Assembly: GCF_006345805.1 (NCBI RefSeq)
Contig: NC_043005.1
Location: 27,776,001-27,840,000 of the forward strand
Reading direction: 5' to 3'
Source: Octopus sinensis
Lineage: Eukaryota
DNA: 64,000 nucleotides
Made by a program: the position numbers and the translations under genes. Positions 26,246 through 39,813 of this stretch are shown here, in pieces. How positions within the stretch are numbered: the stretch's first letter is position 1; every line of letters starts with the position of its first letter. The notes below the pieces were generated by a model. That model did not search any database and was not told where the DNA came from. It was given only the letters and a program-made list of their open reading frames with translations.

Positions 26246-27237
26246 CTAGGTATAACAGAGAGGAATAAAACAATTTATTTATCTAGTGTTTTTTTTAGTT
26301 GCTTATAATTTGGAATAATTGTCATTTATTGAAATTAATCTTAATTAATTGAAATACATGGATAAAATAGTCTATAATTAAAATAATTTATCCCAGATTT
26401 CTTTAAATTTAAGTTTTTGTAGGGTCTAGAATTAGAAATACATGGTATCACTTTGTATGGACATATGGTAGGCTATCTTTCTGTGTGGAGTGGGGATCTG
26501 GGATGTGTGTGTGTATATGCATATGTGTGGTAAATAAGTATTCAATTGAATGCATAACATGGTATCATACAGTGTGAATCCAAAAGGATACTAAGAATAA
26601 CTACACATGCATTTATAATGGATTCTATTTAATACACATGTTTCTGGTAGTTATGTAAGATAACTCTTATATAATATAACTTCTTCAGTAAACATTTCAA
26701 AATATAAATACTAAAGAAAAATTTGCCCTAAATATAGCAGCTTTCAGAATGATCATAGACAACCTGCCGTATAGCAGAGAGGATGAGGGATATTGTGAAA
26801 CTCCTTTCCATAACACTCTAGCCTGTATTTGCTTGGACAATATGGTTTAACATAACAAGGATAATAGTGGAATGCTTTGCAGGACCCTAAAGAGAAAAAT
26901 TCTGGTTAAGTGGATTGCCACAAAGATATGACTATGATAGGTTCTATAAGCATGTAATCGACAACTGTCTGTGTACATGTGTGCGCATGTATGCATATGT
27001 GTGTACTTGTGGTGCTGGGGTTACTACATGTGTGTGTGTGCAGTGTATGGATGTATGAGTGTGTACGTGTGGGGGGTACATGGGGGAGTGGAGGTAGGTA
27101 ATTCCTTGTGCATTTAGTTCTGCTACAGTAAATGTTTACAAACAGCAAAGAATTGATCAGTAAGGAATATTTGTCCCCATAGAAATTTAGACTGTGCCAA
27201 CATAGATGATCTAAGACTTTATTTCTGTCAGTAATTC

Positions 27238-27365
27238 TTATACATTATTTATATTATTTACATTTGACAGATATTTGTCCTCATCTTGTTTGTTGTTAAC
27301 ACAACATTTCATCTTGGGGAAATTTCGAACCTGGGTTCTCATTCCTAAGGTATTTTTCAATGTTG

Positions 27366-27420
<55 letters not shown>

Positions 27421-27547
27421 CATCATCATCATCATTATTATTCTTATTATTCAGGTTACTGCCTGGAATTGAACACAGGTATATGGTGTAGTGGTTAAGA
27501 GCATGGGCTACTACCCCCAAGATTCCGAGTTCGATTCCAGGCAGTGA

Positions 27548-27596
<49 letters not shown>

Positions 27597-27845
27597 TATA
27601 TTATTATTATTATATAATAATAATAATAATAATAATAATGATAATAATAATAATAATAATAACATCGAAAAATACCTTAGGAATGAGAACCTAGGTTCGA
27701 AATTTCCCCCAAGACACCTGATGAAGGCTGGAGAGTATATCAGCCGAAACGTGTTAACAACAAACAAGATGAGGACAAATATCTGTCAAATGTAAATAAT
27801 GTAAATAATGTATATAATTCCTCATCTCTTAAATATAGAACTGTA
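27238..27845 (+). mobile_element. tRNA-headed, hammerhead-containing non-autonomous retroelement with an inverted partial copy
   Basis: A/B-box head at about 27484-27550 (tagtggttaag, gttcgattcc), (TAA)n, CTGATGA-aggctg..cagcc-GAAAC at 27718-27750, conserved tail; 27238-27470 is a reverse-complement partial copy. Confidence 0.7.
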
Positions 27846-28179
27846 GTAATTCTTATGTTTAACATACTTCGCCTTTTTGAGTTAGTCATCCTTATTTTGT
27901 ATCAGTATCTTAATTGTATAAAGTGGGTGAGCTGGTAGAGTCATTAGCATTCCAGGCAAAAGGCTTAGCAGCATTTCAGCCGTCTTTACATTCTGAGTTC
28001 AAATCCCACTAAGGTCGACTTTGCCTTTCATCCTTTAGGAGTTGATAAAATAAGTACCAGTTAAATACTGGGGTTGATGTAATCGACTTACCCCACCCAC
28101 TCCCCTGGAATTGATAGTTTTGTGCCAAAGTTTTTGAAATCAATATCTTAATTATATAGAAATATTTCTGTTGACTTAC

Positions 28180-28299
28180 ATAATTGCGTTTTGCAGGTGT
28201 TTGAACAGAAAGAGAGTTGAAAGCAATGAAATATCCTGATGGTCTGAACACCTGGATGCTTGCAATTGGAGTTACACTGGCATAGAAGATGGATTTGTC
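28180..28299 (-). CDS. Vtg: Vtg-like exon (DKSIFYASVTPIA...AKRNY)
   Basis: ttgacag/gtaagt; 120 nt, phase 0->0. Confidence 0.87.
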
Positions 28300-28693
28300 C
28301 TGTCAAAGAGAAGAAGAAGAATTTTAGCAATTAGCTCATGTTTTTATTTCCTTTTTTTTTTCTCTTCTCTCTCACTATCTGTACACACACACAAACACAC
28401 ACACACACACACACACACATGCGCACACACACGCATGCACACATACTCTCTTTTACTCTTTACTCTTTTACTCTTTTACTTGTTTCAGTCATATGACTGC
28501 AGCCATGCTGGTGCACCGCCTTTAGTCGAGCAAATCGACCCCGGGACTTATTCTATCTAAGCCCAGTACTTATTCTATCGGTCTCTTTTGCCGAACCGCT
28601 AAGTGACAGGGACGTAAACACACCAGCATCGGTTGTCAAGCAATGCTAGGGGGACAAACACACACACACATACACACACATACATATATATAT

Positions 28694-29295
28694 ATATTAT
28701 TAGTGAATGGAAGAAATGGAGTTGAACGAAGATTGTACAGAATTCCTTTTATTACATTCTACACATGTTTCAAAGGCCACAATTTTCCAAATTCTGATTA
28801 AATAAGGATACCATATTGTAGCTTTCTCTTCAGGAAAAAACAGGAATTCCGTTGACAGAACAAAACAAAACAGAGGCGCAGCAACGCAATTCGAACGAGG
28901 ACACTCCTTAAGAGCCCATGGGCTATTAAGGAGCGTCCTCGTTCGAATTGCGTTGCTGCGCCTCTGTTTTGTTTTGTTCTGTCAACGGAATTCCTGTTTT
29001 TTCCTGAAGAGAAAGCTACAATATGGTATCCTTATTTAATCAGAATTTGGAAAATTGTGGCCTTTGAAACATGTGTAGAATGTAATAAAAGGAATTCTGT
29101 ACAATCTTCGTTCAACTCCATTTCTTCCATTCACTAATAATATTAAACTTCAATTATCCGCACCAACGCACGGTTGCAACACCAAATGGTCTTATCTCCA
29201 ACCGTGCTTTTTTCTGCTGTGATTTTTGCTACCCAGGTATCGGTTAAACTTTTGAATAATCTGTAACAAGAAAATTCATCTTTCTATTTCAACAA
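28694..29295 (+). mobile_element. Penelope-like non-autonomous element: 450-bp palindrome plus unique tail, nested in (TA)n inside a SINE
   Basis: Arms 28694-28918 and 28919-29143; hammerhead in each arm; tail homologous to 2571-2723. Confidence 0.75.
29001..29080 (+). ncRNA. Minimal hammerhead ribozyme motif (mirror copy on minus 28757-28836)
   Basis: ttc-CTGAAGA-gaaagctacaat...attgtggccttt-GAAA-C atgt G-TA-gaa. Confidence 0.7.
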
Positions 29296-29735
29296 ACACA
29301 TATATATATATATATATACATATATACGACAGGCCTCTTTCAGTTTCCGTCTACCAAATCCACTCACAAGGCATTGGTCGGCCCGGGGCTATAGCAGAAG
29401 ACACTTGCCCAAGATGGCACGCAGTGGGACTGAACCCAGAACCATGTGGTGGGTTAGCAAGCTACTTACCACACAGCCACTCCTGCACACATACACACAC
29501 ATACATACATACGGGTTTGGTAAATAGAAACTGAAAGAAGCTCATCATATATTTTTGAAAAAGAGACCAATAGAAAAAGTATTAGGCTCAAGAAATATGT
29601 CCTGGGTCAATTTGTTTGACTAAAAGCCTTCATGGTGGTGCTCCAGCATGCCCACAATAAAATGACTGAAACAACTAAAAGAATAAAAGAATATATATAT
29701 ATATATATCTTTATATATATACACGCACACACATA

Positions 29736-30605
29736 CAAGGTGCGATGGATTAATTGTTGCCATTTTATATTTTTAATTTCACACATGCGCATTGTTTGTT
29801 TTTGATTTTGTCGACTACACAGTATAGTAGGGTCAGTTGGGCACCATCTGTGAGAAAAGCAGCACCATGATGTAATTCACTCTGCCACAAATTTGGAAAT
29901 GACATGTTGTGCTGCTTGACATTCACATCAGAAGCTCTAATCCAAACACATCAGAGTGTTTTGGGTGTCAATCCGAGGACAGAGCAATCTAAGGATATGT
30001 ACTGAGAGTGATAAAAATCAAACATCCAGTCAACATCATGGTGTTTAGAGTGATCATTAGTGATGGCAACGTTATGTCTCTATCTTCCCAACACAGAGGC
30101 CTACATCAAGTGCCTGGAGGAGGTAGTGCTGTCCTTGGTCAAGAGGGTGGCTGCTGGAAGACCCTATGTTTGGCAACAGGACTCTGTACCATGCCACACA
30201 AGCAGGAGAACCCAAGCATGGCTGTCAGACAATTTCGGCGACCACATCACCCCTTACATCTGGTTACCTAACTCCCCAGACTGCAACCCCCTTGATTATT
30301 ATGTGTGGGGTGCAGATAAGTGAGAGATCAACAAAACTCTTTGTAACACCAAAGATGAACTGAAGGCAAGGATTATGGCAGTATTCACCAACTTAAACAA
30401 AGAGACCATCTAGAAGAGTTGCAAAAGATTCCAAAGTCGTTTGAGGACCGTGATTGAAGCCAATGGCAATTTTATTGAATAAATTTACTCTTTAGTATTT
30501 CAAGATATTTTTATGTAATTTTAGTAAAAATATCTGTTAAAATGAGATCTCAATGTTATTTTCATTTTTGCATCTTTTAGATGACAATTTATCCACTGTA
30601 CTCTG
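29736..30605 (+). mobile_element. maT-like Tc1/mariner transposon, internally deleted
   Basis: VWQQDSVPCH...NSPDCNPLDYYVWG; imperfect TIRs; TA flanks. Confidence 0.85.
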
Positions 30606-31605
30606 TATGTGTGTGTGGGTATATATATATATATACACACACATTTATATATATGTGTGTATGCATATGTTATTATATATATATATATATATATCTATAC
30701 ATATACATACTCTTACACACATACGTTTAATATCATCATCACCATTTAACGTCCGTTGTCCATGCTGGCATGGATTGGATGGTTTGACCAGGGTTGGCAA
30801 GCCAGTAGGCTGCACCAGACTCTAGTCTGATTTGGCATGGTTTTCTACAGCAGGATGCCCTTCCTGTCACTAACACATATCCATTTATCAAGTAAAGGAT
30901 CTCTTATTTCACATGTCCTCAAAGGCTCAAAGCCAGCAGATGATTTCTTAACAGGAGAAATGACATTACAACTTGTAGCTCAGAAATTTTAGGAATACGA
31001 ATGCAGACAAGCTCACAGACACACTTATGGACATTCATATACACATTCATATGCATATTATCCAAAGAAAAAGTTGTTTTTTTTAAAATTATTATTTTTA
31101 CTGCATTTAGAAATATCTGAGAATACAGCAACTGGAAGAGACTGATGATTAGTGCCAAGGAACAACAACCATCAGTCCAAGTCTTCCTTGGACAACTGAA
31201 TCTATGGACTGGGTAGTGAGAGTGCAACTTGTCCAGACTGCAACACTGTCACACACACATTTGATCACTGCATCTTGGTGTACATAATAGGGTTTTCCTT
31301 AACAGGATGAGTTATGGTATATCTGAAACAACATATCTATGGGGTGAATTCAGTCACCTGGCCAACTTCATACCATGTAACTGCCTTGTCAGAGCCAACC
31401 TTGGCCTACACAATAACAACAGCAATTGGATGAGAAGTCAGTTTTATAATAATTTTAGATTCTGTCCTAGTTAATGTTGAACAATCATTTTGTTTTTATT
31501 TGATTCCAGTTTTCTGAAAGTGGTGCAGCTGCATGGAATTATATGCAATGGTTAAACTAAAGACAATTTTTAATACAAAAGAGTTCTTCCTGACTTTGTT
31601 CTTAC

Positions 31606-31768
31606 CTCCCAACGGGAAAGCTTCTTCACAATACGAATACGATTTTCAGTTACTGAAAGATGTGTGTCCAAGATTCTTAGATCACTCCAAGCATCAATGC
31701 GTGATCCTGTTTTCAAACTCATGTAAGCATTTTCTACAGAGACTTTGATTTCAGCACTTGTCAGAACA
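31606..31768 (-). CDS. Vtg: Vtg-like exon (VLTSAEIKVSVENAY...LSRWE)
   Basis: attgcag/gtaaga; 163 nt, phase 2->0. Confidence 0.88.
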
Positions 31769-34362
31769 CTGCAATATATCAAGCAGAAAACAGTAAAACC
31801 AATAAAGATTTATTTTGAGTTCGAATAAACCAAAAATTAAGCTAACCCTTTCCCAGGCCATAAAAGTCCATAACACCAGTATTTATTTCTGCTTGCTGTA
31901 ATCTGGAGCTGGTGAGAGTTGAATATGGAGATGATGCCAGTGTATTTCAAGTATATTTTTCTATATGTTAGCTTGGTAAGTTAACAAAACACACCTCAGC
32001 TTCATAGTGCTGCTGCTTACTGCAGTCAACAGCCACATCACTTCTTAGAACTAGCTGGGCTTCAATATTATCTTCTGTGTAATCAAACTAATAATGTGAT
32101 ACGAACCATTGATCACTCATTTCATTATGTTGTTACTCTATCAACTCTATTTTCAGAACTCTCACAGATTTCAAAGGAGAGTACAAGTATAAAATATTTA
32201 TTTCTTCATTGCCACAGGGGACAAACAAGGACAAACAAAAGGATTAAGTCAATTACATCAACACTAGTGTGTAACTGGTACTTATTTAATCGACCCTGAA
32301 AGGATGAAAGGCCAAGTTGACCTCGGCAGAATTTGAACTCAGAACATAATGGCAGACGAAATACCGCTAAGCAGTTTGCCGGGCGTGCTAACGATTCTGC
32401 CAGCTCATCTCCCTACAAGAATAAAATATTGAATCAGCTATTTATTGCCTAATCTTTCATTCTTACTAAACTCTTCCCCACACATGTGCCATGTTCATAC
32501 AATGTGGGCATTCATGCCTCCATGAAAATGTCTTCTTATGGAGACACAACAATCTAGTCAATGGCTACACATGTCAAAGGGATAATCTTATATTACACTC
32601 ATCTTATACATAAAAACAGGAACACACACTTAAAAATCTCAAAGTCTCTACAAATGTTATTCCTCACAATATCTGGTGATCTTTTATAGTGACCCACCTA
32701 TGTAACACTTCTAAAGCTGCATGACTAACACTAAGATTCTCTTAATGAACAGCAGTATATGCTATAGTCAATATCATCTGCTGACTTTCTCCAAAGTAAA
32801 GCACTGCTCACATATATTTGGGATGGTGTGGTTATGACACACACAACTTAGGTTATAACCAAAAGATGCTGATCCAACAGATTGGAAAATATTTATTAAC
32901 CGACACACTTCAATTACTGGTCCTCAACAGCAACAACAGCTTCCTGCCAAAACACTCAACTCCAACCATAGGCTTACAGACACGCTATTTCTTCTTCCTG
33001 TCTCTTCTACCATGACCACAGCTGCCTCTGCGATGATTTAATCCCCAACACACAACTGTTTACTCACAGATACACTGTTTCTTCCCTCTAACTCATCTAC
33101 CATTTCTACAACAGCATCTACAAGAAGTTAATACCCAACACGCTAAAATCTGTGACTAACAGATGCAAAATTTCTTCTCTGAGTCTCTCCTCTGCTACCT
33201 GTACAACATTTGCACCTTTGAACAAATCAAACACAAACTTCCCTTTCCCACCAGCTCTACCTCCAATCTATATTTTTATTCTTTCTCTTGTCATTCCTAT
33301 TGGAATTATCTCTTACATCCTGCAAGAATACTTTGTCCCTTCTTCCTTCCCAAAATTCTAACACTCTGCAATTCCCTTCTAAACTATACTTTTTCTGCAG
33401 ATGTTGACCTCCAAATGCTAACAGAGGGCATTGAGCCGCTCCATCTCACTAATCTGGGATGACTTAATAAAGGATACAGGTCCTCCTCTTCCTCTCAATA
33501 ACTAATATTAAAAAATTTAACAACACTAAAGCCCTTTATTTTAAGAAAAGGGAGTAAATGAAGGAGGTGAGGTTCATGCCTCTCTTACAAATATTATTGA
33601 CTCAAGGAATTCAAAATGGCTCTAACCCAGAATCAAAATCAGTTTGCTGACTTCCCATACAGAAAGCATACTCTGTAGATATTAATAAGTTATATTAGTA
33701 ACAACAGCTTCAACAATGGTTTCTTGTTCAGATACAAGGCTATCAATATTGAGTTGAGTCTGGTTGATTCAATTGAATTAAATACAGTGCTACTTCACTG
33801 GGATTTAAGTTTATTGAATCCAAAAGGATGAAAAACAGAGTTGATCTTGGCAGGATTTGAACTCAGAATGTAAAGAGCTGGAACAAATGCTGCAAGCATT
33901 TTTTCAATTGCTCAAATGGTTTTACCAATAATTTCTTTCAACAGAATACAAAGCAGATATTTTTGAGAAAATCATACATCTGACCAAAATGAATCCAGTC
34001 ACTTTTCTTACATTGATCTCCAACCATTCCTTGTGTTGACCTAGCTGAGACAATTTATTAGCTGAACCTAATGCTTTCAAAACCTTTTTGAAAACATAAA
34101 GATTTTGCAGCTATTTCTAGCATATAAATTGACCAAATATTTCATTATTTCATAAAAAGATTCAGCTTTTGGTGGAAACATTTCACTGGTAAGTTCACCA
34201 TTTGTAAGAATGTGTTTAAAAAATTTCTAATTTTTATTTATGACTTATTAAGCTTAGGAAGATTGTTTACTATGAATGTATAGACATGATTATGGCACTC
34301 ATGCCTTTCTCAAGAACATTAGCAGTAACATAAGTAAAACATTATGGAAATATTATACATAC

Positions 34363-34561
34363 ATTGGCAATGATTCCAAAACACGTTGTACTGTATCGAC
34401 CAACAATGAAGGATAAGCTCTAGCAATGACAAAAACGGTGAGTTGTTTCCTGAGAGTAACACCAAGTGAAGTTGGCAGTCTGTATACAGCATTGAGTGGA
34501 ACTGCAACCTGGTTGATGCCAGATTGTTGAAGGGCCAAATATCTCTCATAAACTCGTCTCA
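34363..34561 (-). CDS. Vtg: Vtg-like exon (RRVYERY...YRLPTSLGVTL...LESLP)
   Basis: attttag/gtatgt; PTxxGxxL DUF1943 motif; 199 nt, phase 1->2. Confidence 0.92.
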
Positions 34562-34877
34562 CTAAAATATTAAAAAGTAAAATAAAATAAAATTATTGAT
34601 TATGAAAATATATATGTTAAGAAATTATATTAACAGATTAAGAGAATGAATAGATTAATAGAAGAGAAATATAACAGACCGACTGAATAATATATGAACA
34701 GATTACTAACAGATTAATGAAATAATAGGTTAGCTGAATGACAGATTAACATAATATCAAAGTAATATGAACAGATTATTGACAGATTAATGAAATAGTA
34801 GGTTAACTGAATAATAGATTAACAGATTAACTAACCATCATGAAATACAAATAATGCAATGATTTTAGAATTCTCAC

Positions 34878-34962
34878 CTGCTTCTTGTACATTTGGAAGA
34901 GAAGTATATTCTACGTTTTGAATGAAAATTCTGATTTCAATCTCAGAAAGAATGTTATAAAC
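34878..34962 (-). CDS. Vtg: Vtg-like exon (VYNILSEIEIRIFIQNVEY...QEA)
   Basis: attttag/gtgaga; 85 nt, phase 0->1. Confidence 0.85.
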
Positions 34963-35194
34963 CTAAAATGATAGAAATGGATAAAATATAACCAGCATCA
35001 AAAAATATGATTTAATAGTGTTCATGCCTTTTTCAAAGACATTAATAGTGTCTGTGTGAAGTGAATTGGTTTAAATAAGAAGCTGAAACCAACTTGTGCA
35101 ATTCAGATAACTAGAAGCATATGGACAAGTTGAATGAGATTTTGTTGCTTTCATGTTTTTCTCAAAGAACATAAGCAAGATACACATGTATCAA

Positions 35195-35719
35195 ATTCGA
35201 TGACTGGCATTCATGCTAGCGGGGTGCAAAGAGCATCATACAAGTGTGATCGTTGACAGAGCGGCTAACCGACTTCCATGCCAGTGGCACATAAAAGGCA
35301 CCATTCGAGTGTGATCATTACCAGCATCGCCTTACTGGCACTTGTGCCCGTGCTAGTAGGGTACCAAGAGCACCATCCAAGCATGATCGTTGCCAGAGCG
35401 GCTAACTGGCTTCCGTGCTGGTGGCACATAAAAGGGCACCATTCGAGCATGATCATTATCAGCCTTGCCTTACTAGCACCTGTGCCGGTGGCATGTGTAA
35501 AAAGATTCGAGCGAGGTCATTGCCAGTACCGCCTGACTGGCCTCATGCCGGTGGCACGTAAAAAGCACCCACTACACTCTTGGAGTGGTTGTCATTAGGA
35601 AAGGCATCCAGCTGTAGAAAATTTGCCAGATGAAGATTGGAGCCTGGTGCAGCGATCTGGTTCGCTAGTCCTCAGTCAAATCATCCAACTCATGCTAGCA
35701 TGGAAAGCGGATGTTAAAC

Positions 35720-35757
<38 letters not shown>
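35195..35757 (+). mobile_element. SINE family C with internal ~50-bp tandem units and (GAT)n tail (others approx 22815-23130-, 36760-37105-, 38855-39230-, 42870-43090-, 58693-59080+, 62545-63027+)
   Basis: Repeated gtgccrgtggcacrtaaaaagcacc units; aggaagggcatccagctgtagaaac block; (GAT)n tail. Confidence 0.8.
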
Positions 35758-35758
<1 letters not shown>

Positions 35759-35885
35759 ATATATAATAAATTGACTTCAGCAAGGTGGGCATCAATGGAT
35801 TCAGCTTGCTTTGGGTACAGAGACGAATGTGAATATGTAGGATACAAGGCTATCTCAAGAGATCTAGTAACAAGATATCACCATC

Positions 35886-35928
<43 letters not shown>

Positions 35929-36458
35929 CCATCATCATTTTACATCCCCTTTCTATGCTGGCAAATGTCAGACAGGTGACTGCTGCACCCGAAGTGAAAG
36001 AGAAGCCCATCTTGCTTACAAATTTTCATTTTTGGCCTTATTTCTACATCTGGATGCCCTTTCAAATCCCCACAACTTTACAGAGTGTACTAGGTGCATT
36101 TTTTCATAAAACCAACAGTAGAGACGTCATGCATATACATATATATATAATATCTATATTATATACAGTGTGTTTGTGTGTTGGCTTGCCCAGAATATGT
36201 TTACTGACCATATAAACAATAAATAGCAGATTTCAAAGAATTTGATGACAACCACTATTATTATTGTTATTGTTATTCTAAAAGACATTACTAAACTATT
36301 CTGCCTGAACTCCACACATCCAGCTTCACTGTTGCCTTTCCAAATAAAGCAGTTGAAAAACAAATGCATTTGTTTTTCAATAATACATTGTGCATTTGTT
36401 TTTCAACTGTTTCGTTTGGGAAAAATATTCTGAAAATGTAAACATCTGTAATTGCAAA

Positions 36459-36515
<57 letters not shown>

Positions 36516-37719
36516 ATATCATTTGCCACGATAGCCACTACACATTCTTAATCTTCTCTCTTTATTTTCTCTTCTTTATTTTCTCTCCTTGTTTCCTTAT
36601 ATATATATATTTTTATTATTTATTTATGCGCCCTTTTCAATTGAAGATATCCACCAGGGTCATACTATGTGTGTCTGTACGATGACGATTGATACTTTGG
36701 AGTGGCAAATTATGTTTCAGCTGAACACTCTGATCATTATCATCATCCTCATCATCGTCATCATTTAACGTCTGTTTTCCATGATGGCATGGGTTGGACG
36801 GTTTGACTGGGGTCTGGGAAGCCAGGAGGCTGCACCAGGCTCCAATCTGATCTGGTAGTGTTTCTACAGCTGGATGCCCTTCCTAACACCAACCACTCCG
36901 AGAGTGTAGTGGGTGATTTTCATGTGCCACCAGCACAGGGGCCAGGGGGGTGCCTGGCAATGACCACGATCGGTTGGTGCATTTTACTTGCCACCAGCAC
37001 GGAAGCCAATCAAGATGGCGCTGGCATCGGCCACATTCAGATGGTGCTTTTCACGTGCCACCAGCATAGGGATCACAACTACAATTTCCATTTGATTTTG
37101 ATGTACTAGATTAACAGGTCATCCCAAAGGCCCCCATCAGTCATTTTTACTGTCCAATAAGTGATGATATCAGTTAGATTCCCGTAGAAGACATAATTGT
37201 AAATTTGGATCCTCCTTCTTCTGAAAACAGTAGCAGTCATTTCTATCATTTTTCGTGTTATGATATACAAAGTTTGATGTGATATGTATTAAGCTAACAA
37301 ACAGCTTTTGAATCATTTTGTCTTCCACCATTTCATGTTATCTTTGACTTTTCACTATGTTTATTAATTTTTCTTCAGCTTTGGAGGTAAAATACAGACT
37401 AAGAAACTTTTTATGATTGTCCCATTAACTATCAATATGGGACAAGTGGAGTTTTTCTTCTTTTCAAAACCCTAAATCTATAAAGATATTATAAAGTACG
37501 AGATTTCATATGCCAATCACATTGTTGTTGCTGCTGTTGTTGTATAGCGAAGAGGTCAATGTCAAAGGATTTTGGGGTTTGAAAATTTTTCTAATTGCCA
37601 CACATTAATTTCTGTACCTCTGAACGAAAATACTCAACAAAAATAAGAATATACAATTTGAGGCATGTTCAGTGGATGTAAGTCGATATTTAGAGCAGTC
37701 ACATAGTGGTTGGAGAAAA

Positions 37720-37920
37720 AAGTATATCAAGTTACACGATGTAGAATTAAACCATGTTACATGATGTTGCAACATGTAACAGTTTAACTGTTACATGGAA
37801 TTGCTATATGTAGCAGTCAAACCACATAAATGGAGTTGTAACATGTAGGAGTTAAATCATGGCATGAGAAGTTGCAACATGTAGCAATCAAACTATGTTA
37901 CATGAAGTATAACTTCATGA
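37720..37920. repeat. ~36-bp minisatellite (catgttacatg..gttgcaacatgtagcagttaaac)
   Basis: 5-6 diverged units. Confidence 0.7.
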
Positions 37921-38214
37921 GACTTGATATAACACAACATGGTGAGATTGGCACTGTTCATGCTTATGTTGAACATCTCTATTTTAACAATTTTTGAAGA
38001 AAATGAGAATAGGATGGAGTTCCAGAAGGTTGGCATTCTGGGGAGGAACACAGGATCAACTTTTACAATCGAGAGGCATACTCAAAGATATTGTGTTCAA
38101 TGATGTAACCAATTCTTATTTTATCAATTTCAATGGTGCATTGGACACAATGGTTTCCTATAGGAGATTTGAACTTATTAAAAATAAAAAGAAATTAAAT
38201 TAAATCCCTCATAC

Positions 38215-38298
38215 CTCCTCCAGCATTTCAGGTTTCCAGCTCTCGCTGGGTAACTGAACAATTCTCTTGAGGACTTCAGTTGGCAACATCAGTTGAAT
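38215..38298 (-). CDS. Vtg: Vtg-like exon (IQLMLPTEVLKR...MLEE)
   Basis: ctttcag/gtatga; 84 nt, phase 0->0. Confidence 0.85.
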
Positions 38299-38814
38299 CT
38301 GAAAGATACAAATATCAATGACACAATGCATTAAGTATGTTTGACAATAACTATTTAATTCAGTAAAAAAATGTATTTTTTAACTTTACAACTCAATCTT
38401 TCTTATGTCTAAAATTATATATAGGTGCAGACGTGGCTGTGTGGTAAGTAGCTTGCTTACTAACCACATAGTTCCAGGTTCAGTCCCACTGTGTGGCATC
38501 TTGGGCAAGTATCTTCTACTACAGCCTTGGGCTGACCAAAGCCTTGTGAGTGGATTTGGTAGACGGAAACTGAAAGAAGCCCGTCGTATATATGTGTGTA
38601 TGTTTGTCTGTCTGCATTTATTCACCCACCATCACTTCACAACCAATGTTGGTATGTTTACGTCTCCTGTAACTTAGTCGTTCAGCAAAAGAGACCAATA
38701 GAATAAGTACCAGGCTTACAAAGAATAAGTCCTGGGGTCGATTTGTTCGACTAAAGGTGGTGCTCCAGCATGGCTGCAGTCAAATGACTGAACCAAATAA
38801 AAGAATAAAATAAT

Positions 38815-38851
<37 letters not shown>

Positions 38852-39673
38852 CTATTCTGAGAGTGTAGTGGGTGCTTTTACACACCACGGGCATGAGGGC
38901 TAGTCAGGCAGTTCTGGCAACGATTACGCTCAAAAGGTATTTTTTACGTGCTACCTGCACAGGAGCCAGTCCTGCAGCACTGGCATTCGAATGTTATTTT
39001 CACGTGCCACTGGCACATGCACCACTAAGGTGACTCTGGCAACAATCTCGCTCAGATGGTGCTTTAAATGTTCCACTAGAACGAGTGCAAATCAGGTGGT
39101 ACTGTCATTGGCCATGTCAGTGATTTTGATTTTGATTTCACTTGCCTCAATAGGCCTTTGCAAGCAAAGTTTATTGTCCAATGAATGAGGGGTACTCATA
39201 AGTAGGCTGGTTACACCCACTGGCATAGGCCTGTATATATATATCCACACATATATTTATATATGCATATGTATATGTATGTGTGCATGTATATGTGTGT
39301 GTGTATTGTGTAGATATGCATATTTTGTGGGAAAGGTAGTAGTAATTGATTAGCACATTTTCCTGGGGAAGATTTGTCTCTCTTCCACATTTACACTCTG
39401 TCTTAGAAAAGTGAATATAAACTCCACCACCTTATCTAGTCATACAAACATTTGTGATTTGGTAAAACACTGGTGCCAAACCTTTGTTCTTGCTATATTA
39501 GGACAGACTTCATCCCACCTCTACAAGAGGACCCAAATGTGTTAGGAGAGTATTTTGTGACAGCACAATCCTCAAGCTCTGATGAACAGAAGGCCTAGAG
39601 AGCTGATGACAAAACAGGATATGAACCTAATACTGCAAGGTTAATGTAGGTCAATAGCAGCAGATAATCTCAC

Positions 39674-39813
39674 CTCAAGTGGCTCCATCTTCCTGCCAAG
39701 ACCAAAGGTATCAATCTTCAATATTATGATGGAAATACGATCTTCAGGAAGGTCAGTAACATTGCTGGAGTGGATGAGTTCAGCTTGGAGAGCTACACCC
39801 ATGTTGGACTTCT
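39674..39813 (-). CDS. Vtg: Vtg-like exon, DUF1943-like (KSNMGVALQAELIHS...MEPLE)
   Basis: ttttcag/gtgaga; 140 nt, phase 1->0. Confidence 0.9.

Noticed and set aside
27484-27550. Functional tRNA gene
   Set aside because: No complete cloverleaf; it is the head of a repeat element.
31140-31322. Exon-like segment after a tttcag acceptor
   Set aside because: Stops in all minus frames; the plus strand reads CPDC..HTFDH, like a LINE zinc knuckle.
35260-35575. CRISPR-like repeat array
   Set aside because: Spacers are homologous to each other, the array lies inside a SINE, and the context is eukaryotic with no cas genes.
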